A DNA stretch of 63,456 nucleotides, filler included, from Reticulomyxa filosa (Eukaryota; Protista; Foraminifera), in assembly GCA_000512085.1 (NCBI GenBank). It is 23 parts of 23 records of this genome, joined end to end, with 100 filler letters (N's around TTAATTAATTAA, not from the genome) between each part and the next. Parts side by side here need not be neighbours in the genome. Positions count along the whole stretch, not along the records: positions 1 to 2,539 come from ASPP01019652.1; positions 2,640 to 3,915 come from ASPP01003898.1; positions 4,016 to 5,495 come from ASPP01049471.1; positions 5,596 to 7,018 come from ASPP01005767.1; positions 7,119 to 9,822 come from ASPP01033191.1; positions 9,923 to 13,310 come from ASPP01025595.1; 17 more parts are not named here. One strand, 5' to 3'. Positions within the stretch are counted from its first letter, which is position 1. Every line of letters begins with the position of its first letter. Below the pieces are notes generated by a model. It made no database searches and had not been told where the DNA came from. It was given only the letters and a program-made list of their open reading frames with translations. Positions 1 to 12,700 of the stretch are shown one piece after another. The translations under genes and the position numbers were made by a program.

Positions 1-2301
1 ATTTTTTTTTCTCGTTTTCTAATTAATAAAATTGCAGTAAAAAAATGAGTACACGTAAAATTAAATATGGTCCGTCAGATCATTTACCTGACTAGTCAAT
101 ATTCAATATATTAATATCCTTTAAGAAAGTAAAAGACACAACAGTTGGTTGCAGATTGTAGTGGCGTTGCAGTACAATGTTTATATGAAATAGTGAAGCT
201 AACAATACATATTGAATATTTAGAAAAACGTGAAAGTAAATGGTTACTTGACGCTTTTGATTTACCAAACAATAGAACATAACTTTTTATTATGTGTGAT
301 AATTCTTGCAAAAATGTTAAAACAGGGCTAGCACATTCAGCTTCATGAACTTCTTCTATATATATAAAAAGCGCACAAAAAATTTCTGTATACGTATTCC
401 TATTTTGTTTACTAGAAAAAATATTTTTACTAACTACTCCATTGAACAAAAAATAATCATAATTAATAATAAGCGGAGAATAAGATGGGCAGTCATCTTT
501 CTGGTCTCAAGCGGGTGGGGAAGGGGTAGGTGATCGATCACCAACATTCAAATTTATATCATCATTATATTCGAAAATAGAAGTTAATTGATTAGATAAC
601 TGAATAGTCAAATCAAAACTTCTTAATCGCTTGTCACGTTAACAAAATTGTTAGACATTATAAAAAAATAGTTGTAATTAAAGTGGAAGATTGTACAAAA
701 GCAAAAAAGATAATGTTAAAATAACAAAAAATACTAAACGATGATTGAACTAAAACTTTTCTAGATATAAGACACAACTTGGAACTACATTTGGAAAAAA
801 CTTTATAAATGGAACAACTAATTTTTTAAGAGATAAATAAAGAACAAACATAAATATTTCACTATATCTTTAAATTAAACTCTTTCAAATAATATAGCAC
901 ATTTTCTAATATAACTTTGTAATCATTCGGATCATGGAAAATTTTGGCACAAAAAGTAAGGATACAGATCAATAAATTTTCATAGATTGATAGTATCATT
1001 GCGCTTTGAGCACAAATTTTCAAGGATTCGCAAAAAAATTTGTATTTTTCATATACTCGCGTTTGGTCTCTATTATATATGTATAATAGGTGATATGGTT
1101 AATTTATATAAGACGCAAATTAAATAACGTGTAAAATCTAGTTTATTGAATATCATTATTTTTCGGATTCTTGAGTTTTCGTCTCTGTTATACATGTATA
1201 ACGGAGAGATATAATTAATTATATATAAAGAGATGCGAACTAAAGAATCTGTAAAAGAAGGAAAAATAAATTTATGAAAATGTTGCGATTTTGTGCGAAT
1301 GATGAACAAAGAATATATGACAAACAAATCAACTGCATTGTCAATGCAGCAAAATAATGTAAATACGTTGTGGTCTATTAAAACATGCAAATATCTTCGA
1401 GGCAAATCAAAATACATATTCTAATACACAAAGATAGCTAAATAAATGAAAACATGCCAACAGTTAAGTGTTGCGATCATTGGACATAAATTGTATTTAA
1501 TAACAGAAAAAATTGTTTCAATTGATTCAGTTGACGAAATTTCAAAAACGAAAACAAGTGAAATTATTTACTTTTATATATTTATTTTGTTCTGTTCACT
1601 TGTCGGAACTAATCTTTTTTTGTTTGCGTTCCTGTAATCATCGAGAGAAAACTTGAAGATGATGTTCGCCGAGAACCATTAATAAAACCAGCACCGAAAC
1701 TTGGACAACTTGCACACGATCTGGCAAAACCCAAAATCAATAATAATATATCTTTATGCAAATCAATTATCAACTCGACAGTAAAACGCAAAGACAGTGA
1801 CCTTATGTACGCATATGTTATGCTAAAAAAATAATTTAGCAAAAGAGGACACCAGTAAAACTTGACAATATATCATGCCAAAAGCACAAATAGGAAAAAA
1901 ATACAGAAAAGAAAAAACAAAACAAAACTATCGAAGATGTCTTGCAGGATTTCTACTAAAAGATGAGGAACTGCAGCTTGGAAATATCGAGCTTGATATG
2001 GAAAAGATAATTGAATATAGCATATTAATCACATAGCAAGTCCAACTGCATTGTGATAAAGTTATGTAAGTCATCTAATTTTAAGGCAAAAAATAAATAG
2101 TGTAGAATCAATATGAGAAAAACAATAGATACATGGAGCAACAACGTTGATGTGCCGTATTTTCGTAAAAAAAAATTTCTTTAATTTTTTTATTTTTTGT
2201 TTTGTTTTTTTTATAGTGAACAGTAGCGCATTATCTTTTTAAGAATTCAACAGAACAAGACTAGTCGTTCGATTTTATAGTCTTTAGAATAACTTGATTA
2301 T

Positions 2302-2539
2302 TGTGAAACGTACTGACTGTGACTTTGACTTGCACAAAATGTAATACGAAAGTATAACTTCTTGGCGAGTTTTCAGCAAAAAACAAGTAACAACAACAAA
2401 ATAAGTAAGGAAAAGGGAAATTCAAGGTTCACTTGAATCTTGCCAACAACAAGTAGTGCTAAATTTGTTATATAAGTTTTTTGTCTTGCAAGTATTCAAA
2501 TTGAGACACTTGCTCAATCTTTGTGCAGTTAATTCAGTT
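2302..2539. mobile_element. Partial copy of solo-LTR-like family, right end not found before contig end
   Basis: Starts TGTG and carries the family motif GCACAAAATGTAATACGAAAG (~2332-2352) followed by an A-rich tract, as in the complete copies. Confidence 0.5.
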
Positions 2540-2639
2540 NNNNNNNNNNNNNNNNNNNNNNNNNNNNNNNNNNNNNNNNNNNNTTAATTAATTAANNNNN
2601 NNNNNNNNNNNNNNNNNNNNNNNNNNNNNNNNNNNNNNN
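2540..2639. other. Artificial contig linker N44-TTAATTAATTAA-N44 (first of 22)
   Basis: Identical 100-bp spacer with stops in all six frames; starts at 2540, 3916, 5496, 7019, 9823, 13311, 15143, 27695, 32884, 34747, 36015, 37813, 39041, 40661, 42026, 43653, 44784, 50156, 53145, 55437, 60428, 62340. Confidence 0.99.
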
Positions 2640-4015
2640 AAACAAAACAGTTACTTGCAATTGCCAATCGAATTGTAATATATCATAAGTATAATATCTT
2701 CCATCAAATCAACACAGACATCATATCATTTTGAATCTCTGGAGTGTTTCTATACACTTCTGGTGTATGATATCGGAGGATGAGTGGGCACATACAACAT
2801 AATCGCAAATATATGTAAAATGCAACGATACCAATATCCTGATATTCACATAATTCATTTTGGGATTGAAAGTAGTGTGATTGTAGACAACAACACTCCC
2901 CGTTGTTTGTGTTTCACCTCCATACATATTATCCATGTTGCCATTTTCATACGATCAATTGCCGCTTGCCATATTATACCATTGATCTACATTTTTGCCT
3001 GTGCTCTTTCATGTAATCTTTTTTTTCCTTCTCCTCTTCACTTCAAACCTAAAGTAAATCACTTCACAATGAAAAAAGTCCACGTTCACCTTGTTTTGAT
3101 ATAGATATAGAAGATATGACACAAACAACATAAATCAATACCGACCTTCATCCGTCACTTTTGATTCATTGTCCTTATTTTCTTATCCTTTCTTATACTT
3201 TTTCTTTCCTCCCATTGTTCTAATGTTGTGCTTAGACAGCATATGTCCATTTTCTGCTCTGAGTTTGAATAATGACAAGGTTGCATGCCATAAGGAAAGT
3301 TTTCTGTGGAATATGCATCCATTTGAATATCTCTATCATTCTCTGCCACTATTGTTCTAAAAGAACATTCATCACAACTCCGGCTGAAGTTGTCTTCTCG
3401 TCGCTTCCTTTGATTGTGTCAACTTATCACGAAGTAACCCACTATTGTGCTGTAATTGTGATATGTGCCACGATTCATTTGTTTGTCGACGTTACCATAT
3501 CTAGCAAAGCCTTTATCCAATGTACACATATCCGATAATTTCCAATTTGTTGATATCGTCGTGTTATAATAGGTTGGTTGATCGTGTTCAATATTGATTG
3601 ATTGTGGCAACATGGATTGTGTGGGAGGTACTCAAGTATCTGATGCCATCTGTTGTAGAGGGATAAGACATACAATGTTTCCACTGCACCGTTCAAATCT
3701 TGCACAACAGCCAGGACATAATCTGCAATGAGATATGAAAAGCTGACAATCAAAGATGTCACTTGTGATAGTGATAGTATACGTGTTGTATGCTGGTGCT
3801 ACTTTTAACAAATTGTTTTTAATCTCTAACTCTTTCACTTCGATCAATGTTCCATTTTAACGAAATCCTTTGAATTGATGTCTTGTCGTTCAAATGTGCT
3901 ACCACTGGACGTCGTNNNNNNNNNNNNNNNNNNNNNNNNNNNNNNNNNNNNNNNNNNNNTTAATTAATTAANNNNNNNNNNNNNNNNNNNNNNNNNNNNN
4001 NNNNNNNNNNNNNNN

Positions 4016-4197
4016 CGTTTTTGGGATATTCGATCAAATAATAATGAATTGTATATGATCAAAGGAGATAAAGGAGATATTGTAATATTATGTTTTAAAT
4101 TTATTGCATTGAAAAAGAAAAAAGAGATAAGAATGTTAAATATGATTTGAATTTGTGTTATCGTTCATGGAAAGGTCCCATTCGTATTTGGGGATAA
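4016..4197 (+). CDS. WD40-repeat protein, 3' end (one frameshift in an A-run)
   Basis: RFWDIRSNNNELYMIKGD...LCFKFIALKKK / KNVKYDLNLCYRSWKGPIRIWG-TAA(4195-4197). Confidence 0.8.
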
Positions 4198-5101
4198 TTG
4201 ATTTTTTGGTTTGAAAAGTTTGATTGAAAGAAAAGTAAGTTGGTATTAAACTTGTTTGATTTGATTGAATCACACACTAAAATATATGTTTTATCTTACT
4301 TTGTTGTTTAAAAAATTTGGAAAAACTTTGTTTAATTTTTTTTAAGAATTGAAAAGCACAATAAATTGAAACTGCAATCTGAAAAGAATTAGATTGTATT
4401 TTTGTCATCTTATAAAATTTTATTGAAATCAATATTGAACAATTACAGATGGAACATCAACAATATAAGAATATTATGAAAAGATGAAAAATTTATTACT
4501 TTGATAAAATATTAAGTTATTTAACAATATAATATTGAACTTAGTCTAAAACATTTAAAGAAATGAAAATTCTATATAAATATTCCAATTACATAATGAA
4601 AGAATGCATTTGAATCATGACAACAGAGTTGATAAATTTTCATTTTGGCATTGCATGAACACACTTTTTATATCAAATGCATATTCAAAATTGAGTTTTA
4701 ATTTATATATGTTATATTGAAAATTATCGAACTATGAACAAATATTTGTAAATGTCTCCACTTTTCTATGTTCAACCCTTTTTGTCACTTATTTTGTTTT
4801 CACAATGACATATGAAGATTTTTACATTGTAGAATCGTTGTTACTGATTATTGTAATTCATAAAATGTAACATTAACCTTACATTTCAAAAAATTTCTTG
4901 TGTAAATCTTACTTCAGTTTTTCCTTTTATCAACAAAAGTTCAAGCATTTTTTTCATCTTACATCATCAAAGATTATCTAAAGAAAAAACTAAAAAGTTA
5001 CAAGAATGAACTTAAATTTATCAATCAAAGTTGAGTCCAGCTTGTCTTTAAGTTTTTACTCTTTATTTTACTGAGGTTGTAATCTATAATCGAAACAGTC
5101 A

Positions 5102-5495
5102 AAAGAAGAAAAAGAGATCCAAATAATTACTCGTCATTGGATTCGAACATTAAACATTAAACTAGGATGGATCAAAGATTTTGATAAAATCATTGTCAAT
5201 TATGTTAGTTCATTTGTTTGTTTTCATTTAATCAATCAAAATAATTATTTATTTAACATAGGCATATACTTTCTTCATGTTTGACACATTTCGCTCATCA
5301 TCCAAATTAAACAAGACATTCACTGGACATGCAGGCACTGTTTTTAGTATTGATTATTCAACATTTGATGATTGTCAATTCATTTGTTCTGGATCATATG
5401 ATAAAACAGTTTGTGTATGGGATATTGATAACAACCAAATTCAATCATTCGATGAACATTCATCCTTTGTGTATTGTGTGAAATTTTCATCATAT
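5102..5495 (+). CDS. WD40-repeat protein, 5' part (intron 5204-5261; true start upstream not resolved)
   Basis: EIQIITRHWIRTLNIKLGWIKDFDKIIVNY | AYTFFMFDTFRSSSKLNKTFTGH...ICSGSYDKTVCVWD; GH...WD repeat; phase-0 GT-AG intron. Confidence 0.9.
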
Positions 5496-7118
5496 NNNNN
5501 NNNNNNNNNNNNNNNNNNNNNNNNNNNNNNNNNNNNNNNTTAATTAATTAANNNNNNNNNNNNNNNNNNNNNNNNNNNNNNNNNNNNNNNNNNNNCATTT
5601 TTTACAAAAAAATTTAAAAAAAATAATTCTTAAAATTTTTGTATTGTATTTCTATAATTGTGATCTCAAAAAACGGATTAATTACAGATAATTGAAAATT
5701 AAGATTGTTTTTTTGGAATGAATCATTATTTTTTATTGAGTAATGATTTTTCTGTTGAAGAAAAAGTTTTCCCTTTTTACAAAAAACTTCTCTTAGACAT
5801 TACAAATGTGGTTTTGGCTCTTTTCTTCAAACAACCTAACAAAGCAAACTTTTACAGCATGGAACTCGTTGTTGAGAGTTCCTTCACCAATGCTCTCCTT
5901 TGCAAAGTGCAACAGCTGCCGAAAAAGAAAAGAAATAATCAGTATAAATCCAATACACGCAAAACAACAATACACTCGAAAAAAAGGTGCAGTCATCACC
6001 GCCAAAACAAATACGCTTGCCTATTGTAGTCTCTCCTGACATTGGCGACATTCAGGTTGATGTTGTACATTTATCTTCACAGTCAAGAGAGACATCAATT
6101 TTTTTGTTGTTTCATTCAATTTGTTTAGAATGGCCATGTTTTTATGTATTTTTTTATCACTTTATTGTGACCAAACTCATATCAAAACAATTCAAATCTA
6201 ATATTCAGAACACTATCGATATCTTATAAAAAAGGATTCTGAAAAACAAAGCATAACAAAGTTAGTAATGATCGAATTTGGGATGAAGTTGAAAAGTTTC
6301 TCTTTTTCGAAATTATCATCAATGGGAAAAATGTATGATACCAAAAACAAGAAAATAAATGAAAAACCACAGATAAATTATATACACAATCAACGCGATG
6401 ATATTTGGCATGTAAGTTTTCAATAGTACCTAAAAAAAAAAAAGCGACTTGTTCATTGCAACAAAAATATAATTTCTAAATATTACAGGGGTGGGGATCG
6501 GATTAACAATATAATTTTTTTGTACGTAAAGGGTGAAAAACTAGTCACTAATGGGGAAACAACGTATACAATAGCCTGTCAAAAACACACATCTTTTTTT
6601 TCAAGCTCTGATCTATTATCAAAAAGATGCCATTAAAAAAAAAAGGACTCGAATTGATTAATAATAGAAAAGGTGTTGTTTTTTTTTTTGACATACATAT
6701 TTATATATGTATTATCACATTCTTACATTTATATGAAATCGTGTTGTGCAAATGTGCATTTAATGTATTACAAATGAGTTTTTGTCGACAATTTGTATGC
6801 AAATATCATATTTTAATATGTTGTACAAATAGATGCGTGCGAAACAATGAGAAATTATTTAGTATTATACATGTAAGCAAATGAGGAAAATATATGAACT
6901 AACTTTGCAACAATTACATAATTAAAATATTAATCAATTTATGTAAAAAAAAATATCATTGACCAACAAACCAGTCAAAAATATTTATGTTTTACACTAC
7001 AATGTGTTAATTAATTATNNNNNNNNNNNNNNNNNNNNNNNNNNNNNNNNNNNNNNNNNNNNTTAATTAATTAANNNNNNNNNNNNNNNNNNNNNNNNNN
7101 NNNNNNNNNNNNNNNNNN

Positions 7119-9790
7119 AATTTTCTTTTCATTTTCTGCGATCAATTCCAACACACTTTTACTTTTGGCGATATCCCCAAAACATTCCATGCATATGCAA
7201 TAACAATTCAATGCCTCTTTCATCGAGGTTTTTTCTTTGTCATGCTCGAATTGACCAATGAATTCAAATTGCTTCAAAAATGTTTGCCACACTTCGTCAC
7301 TTTTAATAGTACTTTTATTTTTATGAGCATTTTGAATTATCTCAGTTGCTTGTCTCAATATTTGCCAGCAATGTTTCGTTTGCTGTAGGCCAACTGCATT
7401 TTCAATTTCTTTTTTTTGATTTTCTTGCATTTTATCTTTTGCTTCAGATCCGACGTTGGGAAATAGTATGGACATTTCCAATTTCCAATCCATTGACTCA
7501 CACCACTCTAAATCGCTATATCGTAATGTATTATTCTTAATTGCAGTAGCCAGGTATTCCCAATCCGAATTGGCTTGCTTAAATACATCCATGAAAGCGT
7601 TCATAGTGGAGATTGGGCTTTGACTGTATGTTGATCTTCTTTTACTCCACATCTTACGAAATACTTCACTATCTTTTCTATCTTTCATCACGTTCATGGA
7701 TTCTGCACATTTTTTTTCAATATCCGAAAGACAACAATGGTCCAATTTTTCAACATACTCATGAAATTGTTGCAAGTCCTTTGGAGTTGTTTCAAAGTAT
7801 CCTCGTACAACAGTTTTAAAATTGTTTAATATTTGTTTGAAATTTTCATATTTATCCAGAGTATCTTTCCAAACTTGTTCATCTATCCCTTTGTCTTCTG
7901 CCATCCACAATGTCTTGATATGTGCTTCATTTTGTTTGCTTTTTATGAAATCACACAACATGACATCGATTTTTTTTTCTTTAATCACACTGTTTAATGT
8001 CTCCAATGTCGTTTGGATAAATTCACACAAGTCACGAAAAATGTTTATTTTATTCTGATGCTTGACCAACAACGGTTTCCATTCAACATATGAAACACAA
8101 TATTCCAAGTTTTCTTTTAATAGTGCGGTTCCATTTTCATCTGCTTTACTTTGTGAAGATGTTTTTTCTTCTTTTTCATCTTCTTCACCTTGTGGGGATG
8201 CTTTCTCTTCTGGTTTACCTTCATTTGATTCCTTTTCGGTCGAGGGTACTTCGTCACTGCAGTGTTTTTTTGTTTTATTTTGTTATCCAAGTTTAAAAAG
8301 ATGAAATAATGTTATTGTTATTATGGCCATACCATTTGGAAGGAATTCGGATAAGCAATTCTATCAGCCAATTCAACGTTGACAAATCCGAAAGTGATTC
8401 TCCAATACATTCGTCTAACTCACTTCTAGAATCTTTGTCCCAACATTTGTTATCAAATAAAAAATTGTCACTTGCTGATTTTACTAGTTTCTCGAATGCA
8501 TCGCGAAATGTATTCGGTATTTTATTGTACCGAGGACGAAGGAACCACAACGCCTTGCGATGACGCAACTTACCACTCGGCCTCTCCCCAAAATTATCTG
8601 CATTCCACCACTCTTTAAGTGAATCGGTCAGTAAGTCTTTCCATTCATCTTCATTTTTCTCAATGGAATAATTAAAAAATTGAATCCAGACTTCCAAATT
8701 GTTGAGATTGGTTTGTCCCTTCTCTAACAACTCTTTGATCAGGTCTTTTCGTCTTTCATTGTTGGATGAGTCATTTAGTTCAAGTTTCTTTTGTTATTGT
8801 TGTAGTGTTGTGGTTATTCATTTTTATCATTTACCAACATAAAATTATACAAAGCAATGAAATTTGTTAACATTCCACAAGAGGCCAACCAAACCGAATA
8901 TGGCATCCTTTTCATACAATATTTTTCTAGAGTAGTTTTCGATTGTGGTTAGCAATTCTGTTTGTTCCTTCCAACTTTTTGTTTTTGTGATTTTATTATA
9001 ATCATGTGCAAGATGGAGTAAACAAATATACAAAAAAAAACATTACATAATCTTTTGTTCTTGAAAAAATGCTATAAAGGCTAAGAAATCTTTTGTTGAC
9101 ACCATTACCAATTTGATAAACTCATTGTTGTTCATGAATTGATTTAAAAATGACTTGCGAACACTATCATCTCCAAAGATACCTTTGTTTTCAAGCTCGG
9201 CCAAATATGAATTCCACTTTCCAAAATCTTTTTGAAATGCTGTCAACATAACTTCCCAACATTTGATGTCATTATCCATGAACAGATATTGTTCCACACT
9301 TCCTTACTTTGTTGGAACAAAAATTTCAAAATAGATTGAGATAATATTGTGTCTTTATTGCTATTTAACAAATCGATAACATACATTTCACTGTATATGG
9401 GTGCATTTGCCTGTTCCAATTCACGTATACGCAAGTCTGTTTTTATCACACTGATAAGTTTTGTTTCAGTGTCGTCACATTTCCATTCCGAGTTACTATT
9501 TTCAAAGAGTTGAAGAAGTTAATTGAAAAAATATTGTTCATGGAGGGCAAGGAAAGATAATTGAGACATGGAATAAGGAAAAAGTACTCCAATTTGGAAT
9601 TCTTTTGGATGTGTGTCTTCAGATCACTACCTAATGCAGTACTAATGGATGAGGCAGCTCATTTTTACATTCTTCGAAGATACAACTAATTACCTCAAAC
9701 CATTTCCAGGCCGACCATTTATAGTTATTGTTCAAAGATATTGAACATTCTTTTAACCACTTTTGCAAGAGTAAATATTGAAGTATCTTT
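7119..9790 (-). CDS. Fragment of a large alpha-helical protein, broken by frameshifts and/or introns
   Basis: Consecutive minus-strand ORFs 9243-9449, 9043-9297, 8845-9033, 8293-8730, 7071-8108 with protein-like E/K/L/W-rich composition; no catalytic motif recognised. Confidence 0.65.
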
Positions 9791-12700
9791 GTGTCGTTTG
9801 TTTGTATTATTATTTATTTTTTNNNNNNNNNNNNNNNNNNNNNNNNNNNNNNNNNNNNNNNNNNNNTTAATTAATTAANNNNNNNNNNNNNNNNNNNNNN
9901 NNNNNNNNNNNNNNNNNNNNNNTAAAATTCTTGCCATCTCTTTTCCTCTTTTTTTCATCGCAGTGTCCATATGAAACTTTAATCAATGTCACTCCAAATA
10001 AATTGGTTTTGAAAGTTTGGACCAAACACATATATTTAAATATTTACTCTATATTTCTGATTATGCATTGTTTATTTGTTGATGAAAAAGTAGATAGACA
10101 CGAGCATCTCTCAAAAATATATTGGCCACTGGAAAGAATTGACTGTGTATGAATACAAAGAAATATAGTGGGATGAATGTACATTTACGTGAATACAATG
10201 CATTGATGAACGTACTTCTGAAAATAGTCCCAGATTTGCACAAATGTATCCAAAGCAATTCATTGATGTTAGAGCAACAGGCACAAATGTTGCCTTCATA
10301 ATGACATCCGAATTAATCCATCATATAGCAGATTGATGATATTTAGTAAATCTTTACTTTACTATCAAAGAATTGAAACATCATTTTCATGCGTAGGGAG
10401 TGTCTTACTCTTTATCATGGCTCCTTCACGCCATTTCAATACGCCTACAAAATTTGTTACAGTTTGATGCAACCAAATGTGCTTCTTACCAACAACTATT
10501 GGTGATGATGAGTTCGATGAATTGCTCATTGAATTAGGCCAATATCGGTCAGTTGTGCATAATTTTTTTTTTTTTATATACATTTCTTCATTGTGATCAT
10601 ACACAACACTAAAATCTGTTAATATCGATAATATGGAAAAAAAAAAAAAAAGGTTTAGTAAAAAATACAAGAAATAATGCAATGATGGAACAAGTATTTA
10701 TTCTGATCTCAAGAGTCTCAAAAACAAACAAAAAAATATCACGTGGTAGCAAGAAGAAAAGAAATCGGTTTAACGAAAATTGGATTGTTGTAGAAAATTG
10801 GTTGGACCCTCTGCACCACTTGACACAACTGTGGAGTTGGGACGCCTTAATCTTGCTCAAATCAAATACAAATTATTGGCGTGGAAGATAGAAAAAAACA
10901 AAAACGAAATAAAAACTGAGCAAAGAAGAAGATAATTATTATTATTATTATTGACAATATTGTTTCAAGTTTTTTAAAAGGCTGAACAATTTTGAAATAT
11001 GCCAATTATCATTTCAATAAAGCCTTTGAAGAAAATGAAAAAAAATCAATTGTCACAACATGGAGGAAACACACATGATCTTTTATATTAATTGTGACAT
11101 GGAAATATCAAGAACACATCAAATACATTTGCAATCATTGTACTTTGGATTAGGAGTATATTGTCGAAAAGAAGTTCACAAACATTGGAACTTGCAAATT
11201 GAAAAATTATTATTCGATACAGATAATGTGATTACCACTTCATGCTTTTCTTATTTTTAATCATAAAAACTTAAAATACAATATTCTGGTATCTTTTTAT
11301 CACATACACTTTTTGTTATTGTCCATACACGCAAAACACAATATAAAATAATTTAGATATTATTGTTATATGTGGATGCGAATATAAATATTGATCAACA
11401 ACACTACTGGATTCAATTGATGAAATTTGTATTTACTTTCGATATCCAAGAATCAATAATTTTATCGTGTAGTGAACAATAAATGATATTACGACTGTCA
11501 TTGTCATCATTGTTGATATCTTTCTTCAACCTCATTCGTGACTCTTGTTTTACTATTAATATTTTCATAATCTCCTTTTTTCTGCTCTTTTTTGATATTT
11601 TGGAGTCCTTTGTTAATTTTAGTAGCCAAAGAACTTGCACTTCCAATCACTAATATTACTGCCATTTTTTTCTTATTGGCTTAATTGGATTCAGACTCTA
11701 CTCTTTCTTTATCGTCTTCTTGTTCCTTTCTGTTTTATGTATTCTTCTTATCATCTACTCCTACATGACGGCAAAAATCAATCCCTAGCACAGTCAACGC
11801 TTAAGCGTGGCTCTTTTGAGCACATTGTTTTTTTTTCTTAATACAAAGTTTAAACAATATAAGAGTCTATTGCAGTTATCAGTTTTTTCAAAGATAAAAA
11901 GTGAAAACCAAATGGAATCTTTTTGCATATTTTCTACTTTTAGATTTAAAATATTTACATTCAAAAATTTTTTTACGATGAATATAATTTGAAAAAGATG
12001 TTAGGTGAACTGGAGTAAGGAATTGAAATTATTATAAAAAAAAATACAATTCACACAAAAGGCAAACATTTTTCATTGAATATTCACCAATTTCACTTTA
12101 TCTTTTTTTACTTGGTATCACAACCACCACATCCATTTTCAAATTTCTCGATAAGACAGGTATTGTATTCTTTAGAGATCTATGTTATGTACGTGTGTAT
12201 TGATCATATATACTTCAATCACATCGTTAAAAAAAAAATATTATAACTTGAAATATAGGTTGCTCATATAACATGATAACAAACCAACTCACCACTTTCA
12301 ATCCATCATGAGCCACATTACAAGATATGGACCTTTAATTTTTTTTCCAAATTGTACGTCATTCAAAACACAAACCATGGCCCATATTTGATGCACGCCA
12401 TCATTGTAGATACTTGTTCAATAATGAACAAATAAATGTATTGAAGAAATGACAGGCGCACACATTGTAGTGTGACTTCAATGATTCGATAACATATTGG
12501 GTCCTCATCAGCAACAATTCGACCAGTGTTACTTTCATTTACTACAATTATCAATATTGTTACTGCTGCCGTTGCTGTCACAATTACCATTGTCGCTGGG
12601 AACTCGCTGCAGCACAAATGGCAATGCAAACAGCAAAAATATATCCATCAACATCACAAAATTTCATTGATACACCTTGAAATATCTATTAAAAAATTTC

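Noticed and set aside
1-2300. Possible second viral relic or gene in contig 1
   Set aside because: Short coding-like stretches with many stops, but no motif I can assign.
2584-2595. Recurrent TTAATTAATTAA as a biological repeat, CRISPR repeat or transposon target
   Set aside because: Always centred between two 44-N runs; it is an assembly linker.
2640-3915. Fragmented minus-strand ORFs
   Set aside because: Probably a decayed gene, but no recognisable family.
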